Below are positions 29,337-38,527 of a stretch of DNA of 64,000 bases, piece by piece. Source of the stretch: a virus (lineage: Duplodnaviria > Caudoviricetes); the IMG/VR virus record IMGVR_UViG_3300009108_000480. One strand, written 5' to 3'. The position numbers were made by a program, and so were the translations under genes. The notes beneath the pieces are model-generated. The model made no database searches. It saw only the letters and a program-made list of their open reading frames with translations, and was not told the origin of the DNA. Numbering within the stretch: position 1 is the stretch's first letter; each line of letters opens with the position of its first letter.

Positions 29337-29365
29337 TTGCTCTACTCTTAAAACTGTTATATACT
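29337..29365 (+). promoter_or_regulatory. Sigma70-type promoter of DNA polymerase operon
   Basis: TTGCTC (29337-29342), 17 nt, TATACT (29360-29365); AAGGA RBS before 29389. Confidence 0.6.
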
Positions 29366-29388
29366 ACTATTAACAACAAAGGAAATAT

Positions 29389-29646
29389 ATGGCAGTAAGA
29401 AACTTTAACGACGGCGAAAAACAAAAGCTAATCCAAATCATTTCTCAAGGATCACAAGTCCTAGGAGAAGTAGACGATCTTAAATCAGGATTAAGAGATA
29501 CAGTTAAATCAATAGCAGAGGAACTAGAATTAAAACCCGCATTGATTAACAAAGCGATTTCAATTGCTCATAAAGGAAATTATCAGAACTTGTCAGATGA
29601 TATGGACACTTTAGATTCCATATTAACGGCGGCAGGTAAGATATAG
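29389..29646 (+). CDS. Small helical DNA-binding protein (T4 DsbA/GapR-like)
   Basis: Size and pattern (DDLKSGLRDTVKSIAEELELKPALINKAISIAHK) resemble that family. Confidence 0.5.
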   Translation: MAVRNFNDGEKQKLIQIISQGSQVLGEVDDLKSGLRDTVKSIAEELELKPALINKAISIAHKGNYQNLSDDMDTLDSILTAAGKI

Positions 29647-29927
29647 TGTATCGTTTACTCAAAGAATTTTGGGTAAACAGTTATAAAACGGACCAAGTTG
29701 CTTTTTGGAATGAGCTGTTATCTGTAATTGTAACAATTATGGGTTCCTGTATTTTAACATTTACCTCACCACACCCAACAATGCATTATGTATTTCCATT
29801 GTACTTGCTAGGCTCTAGTACTTTGTGTTATGCTAGTTGGAGAAGAAGAAGCATTTGGATTGTAACTTTATCCGGATGGTTTACATTAATGAATATAATA
29901 GGAAATTATAGAGTATTTTTACTATGA
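29646..29927 (+). CDS. Small multi-TM membrane protein
   Basis: GTG start, three hydrophobic segments. Confidence 0.55.
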   Translation: MYRLLKEFWVNSYKTDQVAFWNELLSVIVTIMGSCILTFTSPHPTMHYVFPLYLLGSSTLCYASWRRRSIWIVTLSGWFTLMNIIGNYRVFLL

Positions 29928-32587
29928 GTTACATAGACGCTTTATATAAAAAAGATGAAGACAAAGTATATGTAGTTGAAAGAAACTCTAAAGGTAAAAG
30001 AATTTTTGTAGACTATGATGCTAGATATGTATTCTATTATCCAGACTCTAGAGGTAAGCATAGATCTATGACTGGACTATCATTACAAAAAGTACAATGT
30101 AGAACTTCAAAAGAATTCATTAAAGAGCAACGGATAAGATCCAATAAAACTCTTTATGAACAAGATATCAATCCAGTGTTTAGATGTTTGGAAGAAAATT
30201 ATCTAGGCAAGGAAACTCCTAAACTGAACACTATGTTTTTTGATATCGAGGTGGATTTTGATCCTGAAAAGGGTTATGCCACAACTGACGATCCGTTTAT
30301 GCCCATTACTGCCATTAGTTGTTATATGAGCTGGACGGATCAGTTAGTTACTTTTGCACTAGTACCTAAAACACTATCTACACAAGATGCTAAAATGCAA
30401 ACAGAACGATTCTCTAACTGTATGTTATTTCAAAAAGAAAAAGATATGTTAGATGCATTTCTTACACTAGTTGAAGAAGCAGATGTTATATCAGGTTGGA
30501 ACTCTGAAGGATATGATATTCCATACACAGTAGGTAGAATACAAAAAGTATTAAGTTCCGATGATACAAGACGTTTATGTTTTTGGGGTGAGAAGCCCAA
30601 GAAAAGAACATTTGAAAAATATGGTAGAGAACAATTAAGTTATGATTTAGTTGGACGAGTACACTTAGACTTATTAGAATTATATAGAAAATACACATAT
30701 GAGGAAAGACATTCATTTAGATTAGATGCAATTGGTGAACACGAACTAGGTGAGAAAAAAACTGTTTACGAAGGATCATTAGATTCACTTTATAAAAATG
30801 ACTTCGGATTGTTTATAGAATACAACAGACAAGACTGTAATCTACTTGCTAAACTAGAAAAAAAATTAAAATTTATTGAACTTGCCAACGAAATTGCACA
30901 CCAAAATACTGTGTTGCTACAAACAACAATGGGTGCAGTTGCAGTAACTGAACAAGCAATAGTTAATGAAGCACATAGACGTGGCATGATTGTTCAAGGT
31001 AGACGTTATAGAAAAGAAGGAGAAGAAGTACAAACGGCGGCAGGTGCTTATGTGGCAACTCCAAAAAAAGGAATGCATAATTGGATAGGATCAATGGATA
31101 TTAATTCACTATATCCTTCAGTTATTAGAGCATTGAATATGGGACCTGAAACTATTGTGGGACAAATAAGACCTGTAATAACATCAGCAGAAATAAACAG
31201 AGCTAAATTTCAAAAAAAATCATTTGCGGCGGCTTGGGAAGGACAATTTGGTAGTTGGGAATATCAAGCAGTAATGAAACAAGATAAAGGTACTGAACTT
31301 ATTGTAGATTGGGCTGATGATACATCTGTAAGAATGTCAGCGGCACAATTATATGATATTATATTTGATGGCAAAAACAAATGGATGTTAAGTGCTAATG
31401 GTACAATATTTACATATGAGTTTGAAGCAATTATTCCAGGCTTATTAAAACGTTGGTATACTGAAAGACAAGAAATGCAACGTAAAATGGATGCTTGTGG
31501 TGAAAACGAAATTGAAAGATCATTTTGGGATAAAAGACAACTTGTTAAAAAAATTAATTTAAACAGTTTATATGGAGCACTTTTAAATCCAGGTTGTAGA
31601 TTTTTTGACATAAGAATTGGACAATCAGTAACATTAACAGGTCGATGCATTACAAAACATATGGCGGCAAAAGTAAATGACATTGTTGCGGGCAAATATG
31701 ATCATTCTGGCCAATCTATAATATATGGAGATACAGATTCAGTTTATTTTACTGCACATAAAACTTTAAAAAATGATATTGACGCAGGCAAAATTACTTG
31801 GAATAAAGATTCAGTAATTGCTTTATATGATAAAATTGCAGAGGAAATGAATACAACATTTACAGGTTATATGACTAAAGCATTTCATTGCCCAAATACT
31901 CGTGGCTCTATTATTAAAGCAGGTAGAGAACTTGTAGCAATTAAAGGTTTGTTTATTACAAAGAAAAGATATGCAGTACTGTATTATGATAGAGAAGGTG
32001 AACGTGTAGATAATGCAGGTAGAGAGGGCAAAGTGAAAGCTATGGGATTAGATTTAAAAAGATCAGATACTCCTGTATTTGTTCAAGATTTTTTAAGTGA
32101 AATACTGTATATGGTATTAACAGGTAAAACTGAAGAGCAAGTATTAGAAGCAATTACAAATTTTAGAGCAGAATTTAAAGCAAAACCAGGTTGGCAAAAA
32201 GGATCTCCTAAACGAGCAAATAACGTAACCAAGTATACTGAATTAGAAAAGAAACAAGGCAAAGCAAATATGCCAGGACACATACGAGCAAGTATGAATT
32301 GGAATAATTGCAAACAAATGTATAATGACAAATACTCATTGCCAATTACAGATGGTGCAAAAGTAATTGTATGTAAACTTAAAAACAATCCATTAGGATA
32401 TACATCTGTTGCATACCCTACAGATGAATTACGTATTCCACAATGGTTCCAAGAATTGCCATTTGATAACGAAGCAATGGAACAAACTATACTAGATGGC
32501 AAACTAGATAATTTAATTGGTGTATTAGACTGGGATATACAAAGCACTGAAACCAGTAATACATTCAACAAACTTTTTGAAATCTAA
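29924..32587 (+). CDS. Family B DNA polymerase with 3'-5' exonuclease (T4 gp43-like)
   Basis: Exo FFDIEVD, WNSEGYDIPY, YNRQD; Pol SMDINSLYPS, KINLNSLYG, YGDTDS; no intein or intron. Confidence 0.97.
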   Translation: MSYIDALYKKDEDKVYVVERNSKGKRIFVDYDARYVFYYPDSRGKHRSMTGLSLQKVQCRTSKEFIKEQRIRSNKTLYEQDINPVFRCLEENYLGKETPKLNTMFFDIEVDFDPEKGYATTDDPFMPITAISCYMSWTDQLVTFALVPKTLSTQDAKMQTERFSNCMLFQKEKDMLDAFLTLVEEADVISGWNSEGYDIPYTVGRIQKVLSSDDTRRLCFWGEKPKKRTFEKYGREQLSYDLVGRVHLDLLELYRKYTYEERHSFRLDAIGEHELGEKKTVYEGSLDSLYKNDFGLFIEYNRQDCNLLAKLEKKLKFIELANEIAHQNTVLLQTTMGAVAVTEQAIVNEAHRRGMIVQGRRYRKEGEEVQTAAGAYVATPKKGMHNWIGSMDINSLYPSVIRALNMGPETIVGQIRPVITSAEINRAKFQKKSFAAAWEGQFGSWEYQAVMKQDKGTELIVDWADDTSVRMSAAQLYDIIFDGKNKWMLSANGTIFTYEFEAIIPGLLKRWYTERQEMQRKMDACGENEIERSFWDKRQLVKKINLNSLYGALLNPGCRFFDIRIGQSVTLTGRCITKHMAAKVNDIVAGKYDHSGQSIIYGDTDSVYFTAHKTLKNDIDAGKITWNKDSVIALYDKIAEEMNTTFTGYMTKAFHCPNTRGSIIKAGRELVAIKGLFITKKRYAVLYYDREGERVDNAGREGKVKAMGLDLKRSDTPVFVQDFLSEILYMVLTGKTEEQVLEAITNFRAEFKAKPGWQKGSPKRANNVTKYTELEKKQGKANMPGHIRASMNWNNCKQMYNDKYSLPITDGAKVIVCKLKNNPLGYTSVAYPTDELRIPQWFQELPFDNEAMEQTILDGKLDNLIGVLDWDIQSTETSNTFNKLFEI

Positions 32588-32595
32588 ATAACTGT

Positions 32596-33393
32596 ATGTT
32601 AAGCATAGAAGAAATAAAACTGTTAAAAGAAAAACTACAAAAACTTAAAGGTACAGATTGGGAAAAGTTTTTAAAAGAACAAATACAAATTTTAACAGAT
32701 GTGGAATTGGCTGTTGATGCTAATAATCAAGACACAATTGATCGATTAGATAAAACATTAGATTGGTTTAGACGAGATTTAAAAATAAAAAGAGAACAAC
32801 CTATGTTTGATCCAATATTAAGGGGAGCTATAACAAGAAAAATATTCCAATTTGCTAAAACTAATATCTATAATAGTCTTGAAATTGGTCCTGGTACAGG
32901 TATGTTTTCTAAAGACTTTAGAGCATGGCGATTAAATTATTTTCTTGAAGTACTGCCTGAACTAGAAGCAAAAATACGAAGAAGATTTCCTCCACCTCAT
33001 CAAAAATATCTTAAATTTTATCTAACACGCAATACTGAATGTTCAAATATTCCACAAGGTTCTTGCAATCTTGTGTTTAGCTGGGATACCTTTGTATTCT
33101 TTACACAACAACACATACAACAATACCTACACGACATTAAAAGAGTATTAATACCAGGTGGTTATTGTTTTATACATTATGCAGATTGCCATTTTGATTA
33201 TGATTTACACGAAGCAAAAAGAGGTTATTGGAACTACAATACCAAAAGTGAAATGGAAAAAATTATTAAAGAAGAAGGTTATGAAATTGTGGAAATGAAA
33301 CAATTTAAACCAGGAGCCAATTATGCCATATTTAAAAAACCTGGTAAACAAAATCCAGCAGTGTATAAAATAAATGAAATTACTATTGATTAA
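32596..33393 (+). CDS. Class I SAM-dependent methyltransferase
   Basis: SLEIGPGTG motif I, LVFSWDTF, RVLIPGG. Confidence 0.85.
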   Translation: MLSIEEIKLLKEKLQKLKGTDWEKFLKEQIQILTDVELAVDANNQDTIDRLDKTLDWFRRDLKIKREQPMFDPILRGAITRKIFQFAKTNIYNSLEIGPGTGMFSKDFRAWRLNYFLEVLPELEAKIRRRFPPPHQKYLKFYLTRNTECSNIPQGSCNLVFSWDTFVFFTQQHIQQYLHDIKRVLIPGGYCFIHYADCHFDYDLHEAKRGYWNYNTKSEMEKIIKEEGYEIVEMKQFKPGANYAIFKKPGKQNPAVYKINEITID

Positions 33394-33414
33394 TTTAACA
33401 AAGGAGTATACAAT
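33386..33414 (+). promoter_or_regulatory. Sigma70-type promoter of clamp/TGT-like operon
   Basis: TTGATT (33386-33391), 17 nt, TACAAT (33409-33414); ATG 6 nt later. Confidence 0.55.
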
Positions 33415-33420
33415 TAACAT

Positions 33421-34158
33421 ATGAAAGATATCTTACAAGACATAGTTAAGCACACGCATGGACTAGGATTTTTAGATCTTGTCAAAATTTCCGGAGATGG
33501 TAGTGAAACTGCTATTGATTCAATGGCAGAAGACAGATCAGTTATCTTGCAAGGAACCTTTAACAAACCACAATCAGAAATGACTGGTACGTTTGGTATG
33601 CCTCAATTGAATAAATTAGATATTCACTTGAAGTGTCCTGAATATCAAGAAAAAGCAAAAATAACTGTAACAAAAGGCAACAGAAATAGTGCTGAAGTTC
33701 CAACAGGAATTCATTTTGAAAACGAAAAGGGAGACTTCAAAAACGATTACAGATTTATGAATGCTGAAATTATCAACGAAAAACTTAAAACAGTTAAGTT
33801 TAAGGGAGTTAAATGGGACGTTGAAATTGAACCAACCGTGGCGAGTGTACAAAGGTTTAACTTTCAATCTATTGCAAATACAGAACATAATTCTTTTGTT
33901 GTTAGAACAGAGAACAATAACCTGATATTTTCATTTGGTGATCAAGCATCACATGGTGGAGAATTTGTTTTTGCAAAAGGAGTGAAAGGAACTCTAAATA
34001 AAGGATGGAGTTGGCCTGTAGCACAGGTATTGCAAATACTGAAACTGTCGGATTCAGCAAAAGTTATATTACATTTCTCAAACGAAGGAGCAATGATGGT
34101 AACGGTTGATTCGGGGTTAGGCAAGTATCAATATATAATTCCAGCCCAGGCGCAATAA
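33421..34158 (+). CDS. Probable DNA sliding clamp (gp45-like)
   Basis: 245 aa, alternating beta/alpha pattern in two halves, next to polB; clamp loader present in window. Confidence 0.55.
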   Translation: MKDILQDIVKHTHGLGFLDLVKISGDGSETAIDSMAEDRSVILQGTFNKPQSEMTGTFGMPQLNKLDIHLKCPEYQEKAKITVTKGNRNSAEVPTGIHFENEKGDFKNDYRFMNAEIINEKLKTVKFKGVKWDVEIEPTVASVQRFNFQSIANTEHNSFVVRTENNNLIFSFGDQASHGGEFVFAKGVKGTLNKGWSWPVAQVLQILKLSDSAKVILHFSNEGAMMVTVDSGLGKYQYIIPAQAQ

Positions 34159-35600
34159 TGGCAGAATATCGGCAAGAACATTTAGGCAAATTTAACAGAA
34201 ACTTTGCAGTGTTCTTGCCTGCAATTTCAAATTTTTACAATACATTTATATCCAGACAACGAACTACCAAAGGTAAACACATTCCAAAGGATAGAATTCC
34301 AAAAGGTTTTGATCAAGACGTTGAAGGTTTAAACTTCATTAATCCAGATAAAGGTTATTTTACATATCCAACTGCATTATATTCGGCAGGACACGCCTGT
34401 TTAGATATGGATAAAGTTACAGATAGAGATTCTATGTGTGTAAACAGAGATAGAAAGTTTAGCACAATAGTAGGTGATTCTGGTGGATATCAAATAGCAA
34501 AAGGTGTTATACAATTCGATTGGAAAGATTTCGAAGGAAATAAAGCAAATGCAGTTAGAAACAATATACTAAACTGGTTAGAACTTACATCAGATTGGGC
34601 AATGACATTAGACGTTCCAACTTGGGCGGCAGATGACTTAAACAAAGGAAAATCAGGATTAAACAGTTTTGAGGATTGTTTAAATGCTACAAAATTTAAT
34701 AATGATTACTTCCAAAAAAATAGACTTGGACAAACAAAATTCTTAAACGTACTACAAGGTGATGATTGGGAAACTGGAACAATTTGGTATGATCAAATGA
34801 AAAACTATAAGTTTGAAGGTTGGGCATTTGGTGGTATTAATATGTGTGATATGGAAATATTACTTAAAAGACTAATTGTAATGAGAGACGAAAAGCAATT
34901 AGACGGCAAAGATTGGATTCACATATTAGGCACATCACAATTAGACTGGGCTTGTTTCTTAACACAAATACAAAGACAACTAAAAAAACATATTAATCCA
35001 AATGTTACAATAAGTTTTGATTCAGCATCGGCATTTTTATCAGTTGCAAATGGATTAACATATACTCAAAATGTGTTTACTCCAAAACGATTTTCTTACA
35101 TTATGGATAAAGCACCAGATGACAAAAGATTAAAAGGATCTGATATTCCATTTCCATTTCAAAGTGCAATTGGTGATAGATTAACAATGGGAGATATTTG
35201 TAGGTATGGCGAAGGAGACCTAAATAAGAATAACAAAGAAGGTAAAACTGCTTGGGACAGTTTTAGCTATTGTTTATTAATGGCTCATAGTGTTTATAAT
35301 CATATTAAAGCAGTACAAGTTGCAAATGATTTAAATGATATTGAAAGTGTGGTACATAAACCACAAGTTAAACATTGGAGAAAAACTAAAGGACAAGACA
35401 ATACAGACGAATTTAGCAATTTTGTTCCAAGAAACATCTTATATTTTAATACATTAGTCGAAGAAGTGTTTACTTCTGAGAACCCAATGGAAGTTATTAA
35501 CAATGCTAAAAGTTTTCTAGCAGATATACGAGGTACACGATGGGCAAGACATACAGGGGGAGGAAAAGGTAAAAATAACTTTAGTTCATTATTTGAATAG
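34158..35600 (+). CDS. tRNA-guanine transglycosylase-fold protein, DpdA-like DNA base-exchange enzyme
   Basis: TGT motifs in order: GDSGGYQ, TLDVP, VLQG, AFGG, HILG, SFDS. Confidence 0.82.
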   Translation: MAEYRQEHLGKFNRNFAVFLPAISNFYNTFISRQRTTKGKHIPKDRIPKGFDQDVEGLNFINPDKGYFTYPTALYSAGHACLDMDKVTDRDSMCVNRDRKFSTIVGDSGGYQIAKGVIQFDWKDFEGNKANAVRNNILNWLELTSDWAMTLDVPTWAADDLNKGKSGLNSFEDCLNATKFNNDYFQKNRLGQTKFLNVLQGDDWETGTIWYDQMKNYKFEGWAFGGINMCDMEILLKRLIVMRDEKQLDGKDWIHILGTSQLDWACFLTQIQRQLKKHINPNVTISFDSASAFLSVANGLTYTQNVFTPKRFSYIMDKAPDDKRLKGSDIPFPFQSAIGDRLTMGDICRYGEGDLNKNNKEGKTAWDSFSYCLLMAHSVYNHIKAVQVANDLNDIESVVHKPQVKHWRKTKGQDNTDEFSNFVPRNILYFNTLVEEVFTSENPMEVINNAKSFLADIRGTRWARHTGGGKGKNNFSSLFE

Positions 35601-35608
35601 GAGGATAT

Positions 35609-35848
35609 ATGACAGGTAAAGACAATTATCAAAAACATTTAAACCGACGCAAAGATAAAAAACTAAAAAAACTACTAGATCATCACGATTATCTAAATAG
35701 AAAAACCAAAGAATTAGACAAAGAACGAGGACATGGTGACAGAAGTGAAGAAAGCAAACAACTACTTTTAAGATTAAAAAAAACCAAATTAGCAATTAAA
35801 GACGAAATTACAAGAGTTACCGAAGAATTAAGCAAACTTACCAAATGA
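35609..35848 (+). CDS. DUF465/YdcH-like small coiled-coil protein
   Basis: H..L...L...LLRLKKTKLAIKDEI. Confidence 0.6.
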   Translation: MTGKDNYQKHLNRRKDKKLKKLLDHHDYLNRKTKELDKERGHGDRSEESKQLLLRLKKTKLAIKDEITRVTEELSKLTK

Positions 35849-35855
35849 AAATAGT

Positions 35856-35883
35856 TTGACAAAATAAAAGGATATGCTATAAT
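35856..35883 (+). promoter_or_regulatory. Sigma70 promoter with extended -10
   Basis: TTGACA (35856-35861), TGc-TATAAT (35878-35883); overlaps track ATG, so the real start is probably 35891. Confidence 0.7.
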
Positions 35884-35890
35884 GCAAGTA

Positions 35891-36427
35891 ATGGAAAGAG
35901 ATTACAAAACCGGTGTAAAAAAAGATATTACAGTTTTCTCAGGTGTGGAAATTGAACACACACCAGCATATGGAAAACAAACATTATTTCTTGCTCGTAA
36001 TGATTTAACATTTGATCAAATACAAGAATGTGCTGTTATGGTGAATGCTGAAGCAATTTATTATGGTGCAAATAGAAGCTATATGCACAGCCAATTCATG
36101 CAAGTACCACAAATTATGAAATTTTTAGAACATGGTTATTATGTAACCGTAGATTATCCTTTTGAATTACACCAACTAGTTAGTCAAAAATTTGCATTGG
36201 TTTGGAAACATGAAAAGTTTATTCCATTTTGTTCAATTATAATGCCAGACTCAGAAGAAGATACATCATTATATTTTAAAATTGATGACGTTGATTTTAA
36301 TAAAACAAATCCCGGTGTATGGACAATGAGTATAAAAGACTTTAAAGATAAAGCAGGATTTACTAAATGGGATGATTATAAAAAAGATGAACCAATAGAG
36401 GAGAGTAAAATATGGTCAATGAGATGA
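35891..36427 (+). CDS. Hypothetical protein in the deazaguanine cluster
   Basis: ORF between TGT-like and QueD-like genes. Confidence 0.6.
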   Translation: MERDYKTGVKKDITVFSGVEIEHTPAYGKQTLFLARNDLTFDQIQECAVMVNAEAIYYGANRSYMHSQFMQVPQIMKFLEHGYYVTVDYPFELHQLVSQKFALVWKHEKFIPFCSIIMPDSEEDTSLYFKIDDVDFNKTNPGVWTMSIKDFKDKAGFTKWDDYKKDEPIEESKIWSMR

Positions 36428-36903
36428 AAAGCGAAGAATTAAGTATCAGTCAATTAGATGCAATAAGAGATAATGAATTAAACGAACAAAGAAATCAAGC
36501 ATTAAAGGAACGAGCAGGTAAGGCATCTAAAATGATTTGGGTAACCTTTCGTAAAGAAGGTATGCACAAATACCCAGCGGCATTAGAAGATCCAAAGTTA
36601 AAAACAGGTGATGAATATGACGTATCATTTTTAGGATATCCGCATAGGCATACATTTCATTTTAAAGTTGCAATAGAAGTATTTCATGATGATAGAGATA
36701 TTGAATTTATACAATTCCAAAGATGGATTTTAAGTTTATATAGTCAAGGCACTTTACAAAACGATTTTAAAAGTTGTGAAATGATGTCAGATGATTTATA
36801 CATTCAAATAACAAAAAAATATCCAGGCAGAAAAATTGAAATAGACGTTTCTGAAGATGGAGAAAATGGATCACACGCAGTTTATGAAAGAAATAACATT
36901 TAA
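36412..36903 (+). CDS. QueD-like T-fold protein (DpdL-like)
   Basis: FLGYPHRHTFHF, SCEMM, VSEDGENG T-fold motifs. Confidence 0.75.
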   Translation: MVNEMKSEELSISQLDAIRDNELNEQRNQALKERAGKASKMIWVTFRKEGMHKYPAALEDPKLKTGDEYDVSFLGYPHRHTFHFKVAIEVFHDDRDIEFIQFQRWILSLYSQGTLQNDFKSCEMMSDDLYIQITKKYPGRKIEIDVSEDGENGSHAVYERNNI

Positions 36904-37204
36904 AGAAAAAAGAGCAACAACAAGAATGGGTTATCTACCAATAGGTGGAGGAGGCTTAAATGCATCTTATACATTTGTAGATGCCGTTGCAAATATCTGT
37001 GCCACTGCAGGTAACCTAGGTATGATATATGGCAAAGATTTTATTTGGGCATATCATGGATATGACGCCGATAATGACGATTGTATTACACTAATGGTTA
37101 AAGAAGAAAAGTATGAAACTTTTTTACATTTAGCACTTAAAAATGATCACAAAATTAAGCATACCCAAAATGGTGATGCTATACTAGTTAAGTCATCTAA
37201 ATAA
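36884..37204 (+). CDS. Hypothetical protein
   Basis: Coupled ORF. Confidence 0.55.
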   Translation: MKEITFKEKRATTRMGYLPIGGGGLNASYTFVDAVANICATAGNLGMIYGKDFIWAYHGYDADNDDCITLMVKEEKYETFLHLALKNDHKIKHTQNGDAILVKSSK

Positions 37205-37209
37205 CATGA

Positions 37210-38367
37210 ATGTCACGCAAACTACTAGACAAAAATTTCTGTGTATTACCTTGGACAGGTTTTCAACTAGAACCTAACGGTATAGTAAAAAACTGCATCA
37301 TTGCTGAAGATACTATTGGCAATATACATCAAAATAGCATAGAAAACATTCTTCAATCAAAAAAGAATCTTGAGATTAAAACTCAAATGCTAAACAAAGA
37401 ATTTCCAAGTAATTGTAAAGGTTGCTATTTTCAAGAAGAAAATCGAGCAAAAAGTTTTGAAAGTATTAGTAGTCGACTATATTATGCAAAAGAATTAGGT
37501 CCGCACATTAGCAATAACTTATTAGATGATAAAAATAACTTTGATTTAAGTCATGTAGATCTTAGATGGAACAATAAATGCAATCAAGCCTGTGTTTATT
37601 GTAACTCTGATTACAGTAGTAAATGGGCACAAGAATTAAACATTAAACAAAAATTTGAAAAGAAAAATGTTGAAAAAGTAAAACAATATGTCTTTAAAAA
37701 TATTAAAAAATTAAAAAACATTTATCTTGCTGGAGGTGAACCTTTGCTTATGAACGATAATAAGGAGTTTCTAGAATTATTATTAAAACAAAATCCTGAT
37801 ATCCATTTAAGAGTAAACACAAATTTAAGTTCTACAGGAACAGGAGTGTTTCAATTGTTATGTCAGTTTAAAAATGTTCATTGGACTATAAGCATAGAAT
37901 CCATAGAAGAAGAATATGAATATATTAGATACCATAGTTCCTGGAATACTTTTTTAAAAAATTTACAACACATACAAACACTTAATCATAGAATTAGTTT
38001 TAATATGTTACATTTTATTCTAAACTATAAAAGCATTTTTAATTGCGTTGACTATTTAAAATCGTTAGGCTTTCACAACAATAATTTTATAATTGGACCA
38101 CTGTATGGACCTTTATTTTTGAACATTAAACATTTACCACAAAAAATATTAAATGAAGTTATTAATATTCTTAAAACCAAAATTAACGAAAAACCAGGAT
38201 TTTACCTACAAAATAGTTTGGAAAATATACTGAAGTATTTGACTGAACCCAATTTTTATGCTAATATAGAACTAGTACGTAGTAGAATAAAAAAAATGGA
38301 TGAGAGACGAAATTTAAATAGTAGGAAAATATTTCCAAAATTATATAAGGAAATGTTTAATGAGTAA
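37210..38367 (+). CDS. Radical SAM protein with N-terminal SPASM/twitch-like domain
   Basis: CVLPW, CKGC, CNQACVYC, AGGEP. Confidence 0.88.
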   Translation: MSRKLLDKNFCVLPWTGFQLEPNGIVKNCIIAEDTIGNIHQNSIENILQSKKNLEIKTQMLNKEFPSNCKGCYFQEENRAKSFESISSRLYYAKELGPHISNNLLDDKNNFDLSHVDLRWNNKCNQACVYCNSDYSSKWAQELNIKQKFEKKNVEKVKQYVFKNIKKLKNIYLAGGEPLLMNDNKEFLELLLKQNPDIHLRVNTNLSSTGTGVFQLLCQFKNVHWTISIESIEEEYEYIRYHSSWNTFLKNLQHIQTLNHRISFNMLHFILNYKSIFNCVDYLKSLGFHNNNFIIGPLYGPLFLNIKHLPQKILNEVINILKTKINEKPGFYLQNSLENILKYLTEPNFYANIELVRSRIKKMDERRNLNSRKIFPKLYKEMFNE

Positions 38368-38527
38368 ATGTAATTGTGGAAGATCACCTACAGGACTTTG
38401 TGTTGGTTGGCATTCTTTAACTGAAGAAAAATATAAAGAAAAGAAAAAGAAATATGAAAAAATGGAAGAAGAAAAAAAGAAAAAGAATCCCTTTCATGCA
38501 AGAGCAATTGATGGGTTTGGAGAGTAA
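38360..38527 (+). CDS. 55-aa CDGSH-like iron-sulfur/zinc-finger protein (not in ORF track)
   Basis: My translation: MSKCNCGRSPTGLCVGWHSLTEEKYKEKKKK...; fills gap exactly. Confidence 0.65.
   Translation: MSKCNCGRSPTGLCVGWHSLTEEKYKEKKKKYEKMEEEKKKKNPFHARAIDGFGE

Noticed and set aside
29924-32587. Intein, intron or homing endonuclease in DNA polymerase
   Set aside because: Continuous 887-aa ORF with normally spaced motifs; no LAGLIDADG, HNH or GIY-YIG seen.
34158-35600. Canonical bacterial tRNA-guanine transglycosylase (tgt)
   Set aside because: Longer, lacks the CxCxxC zinc motif, and sits in the replication operon; no queA or queG nearby. Called DpdA-like without a gene symbol.
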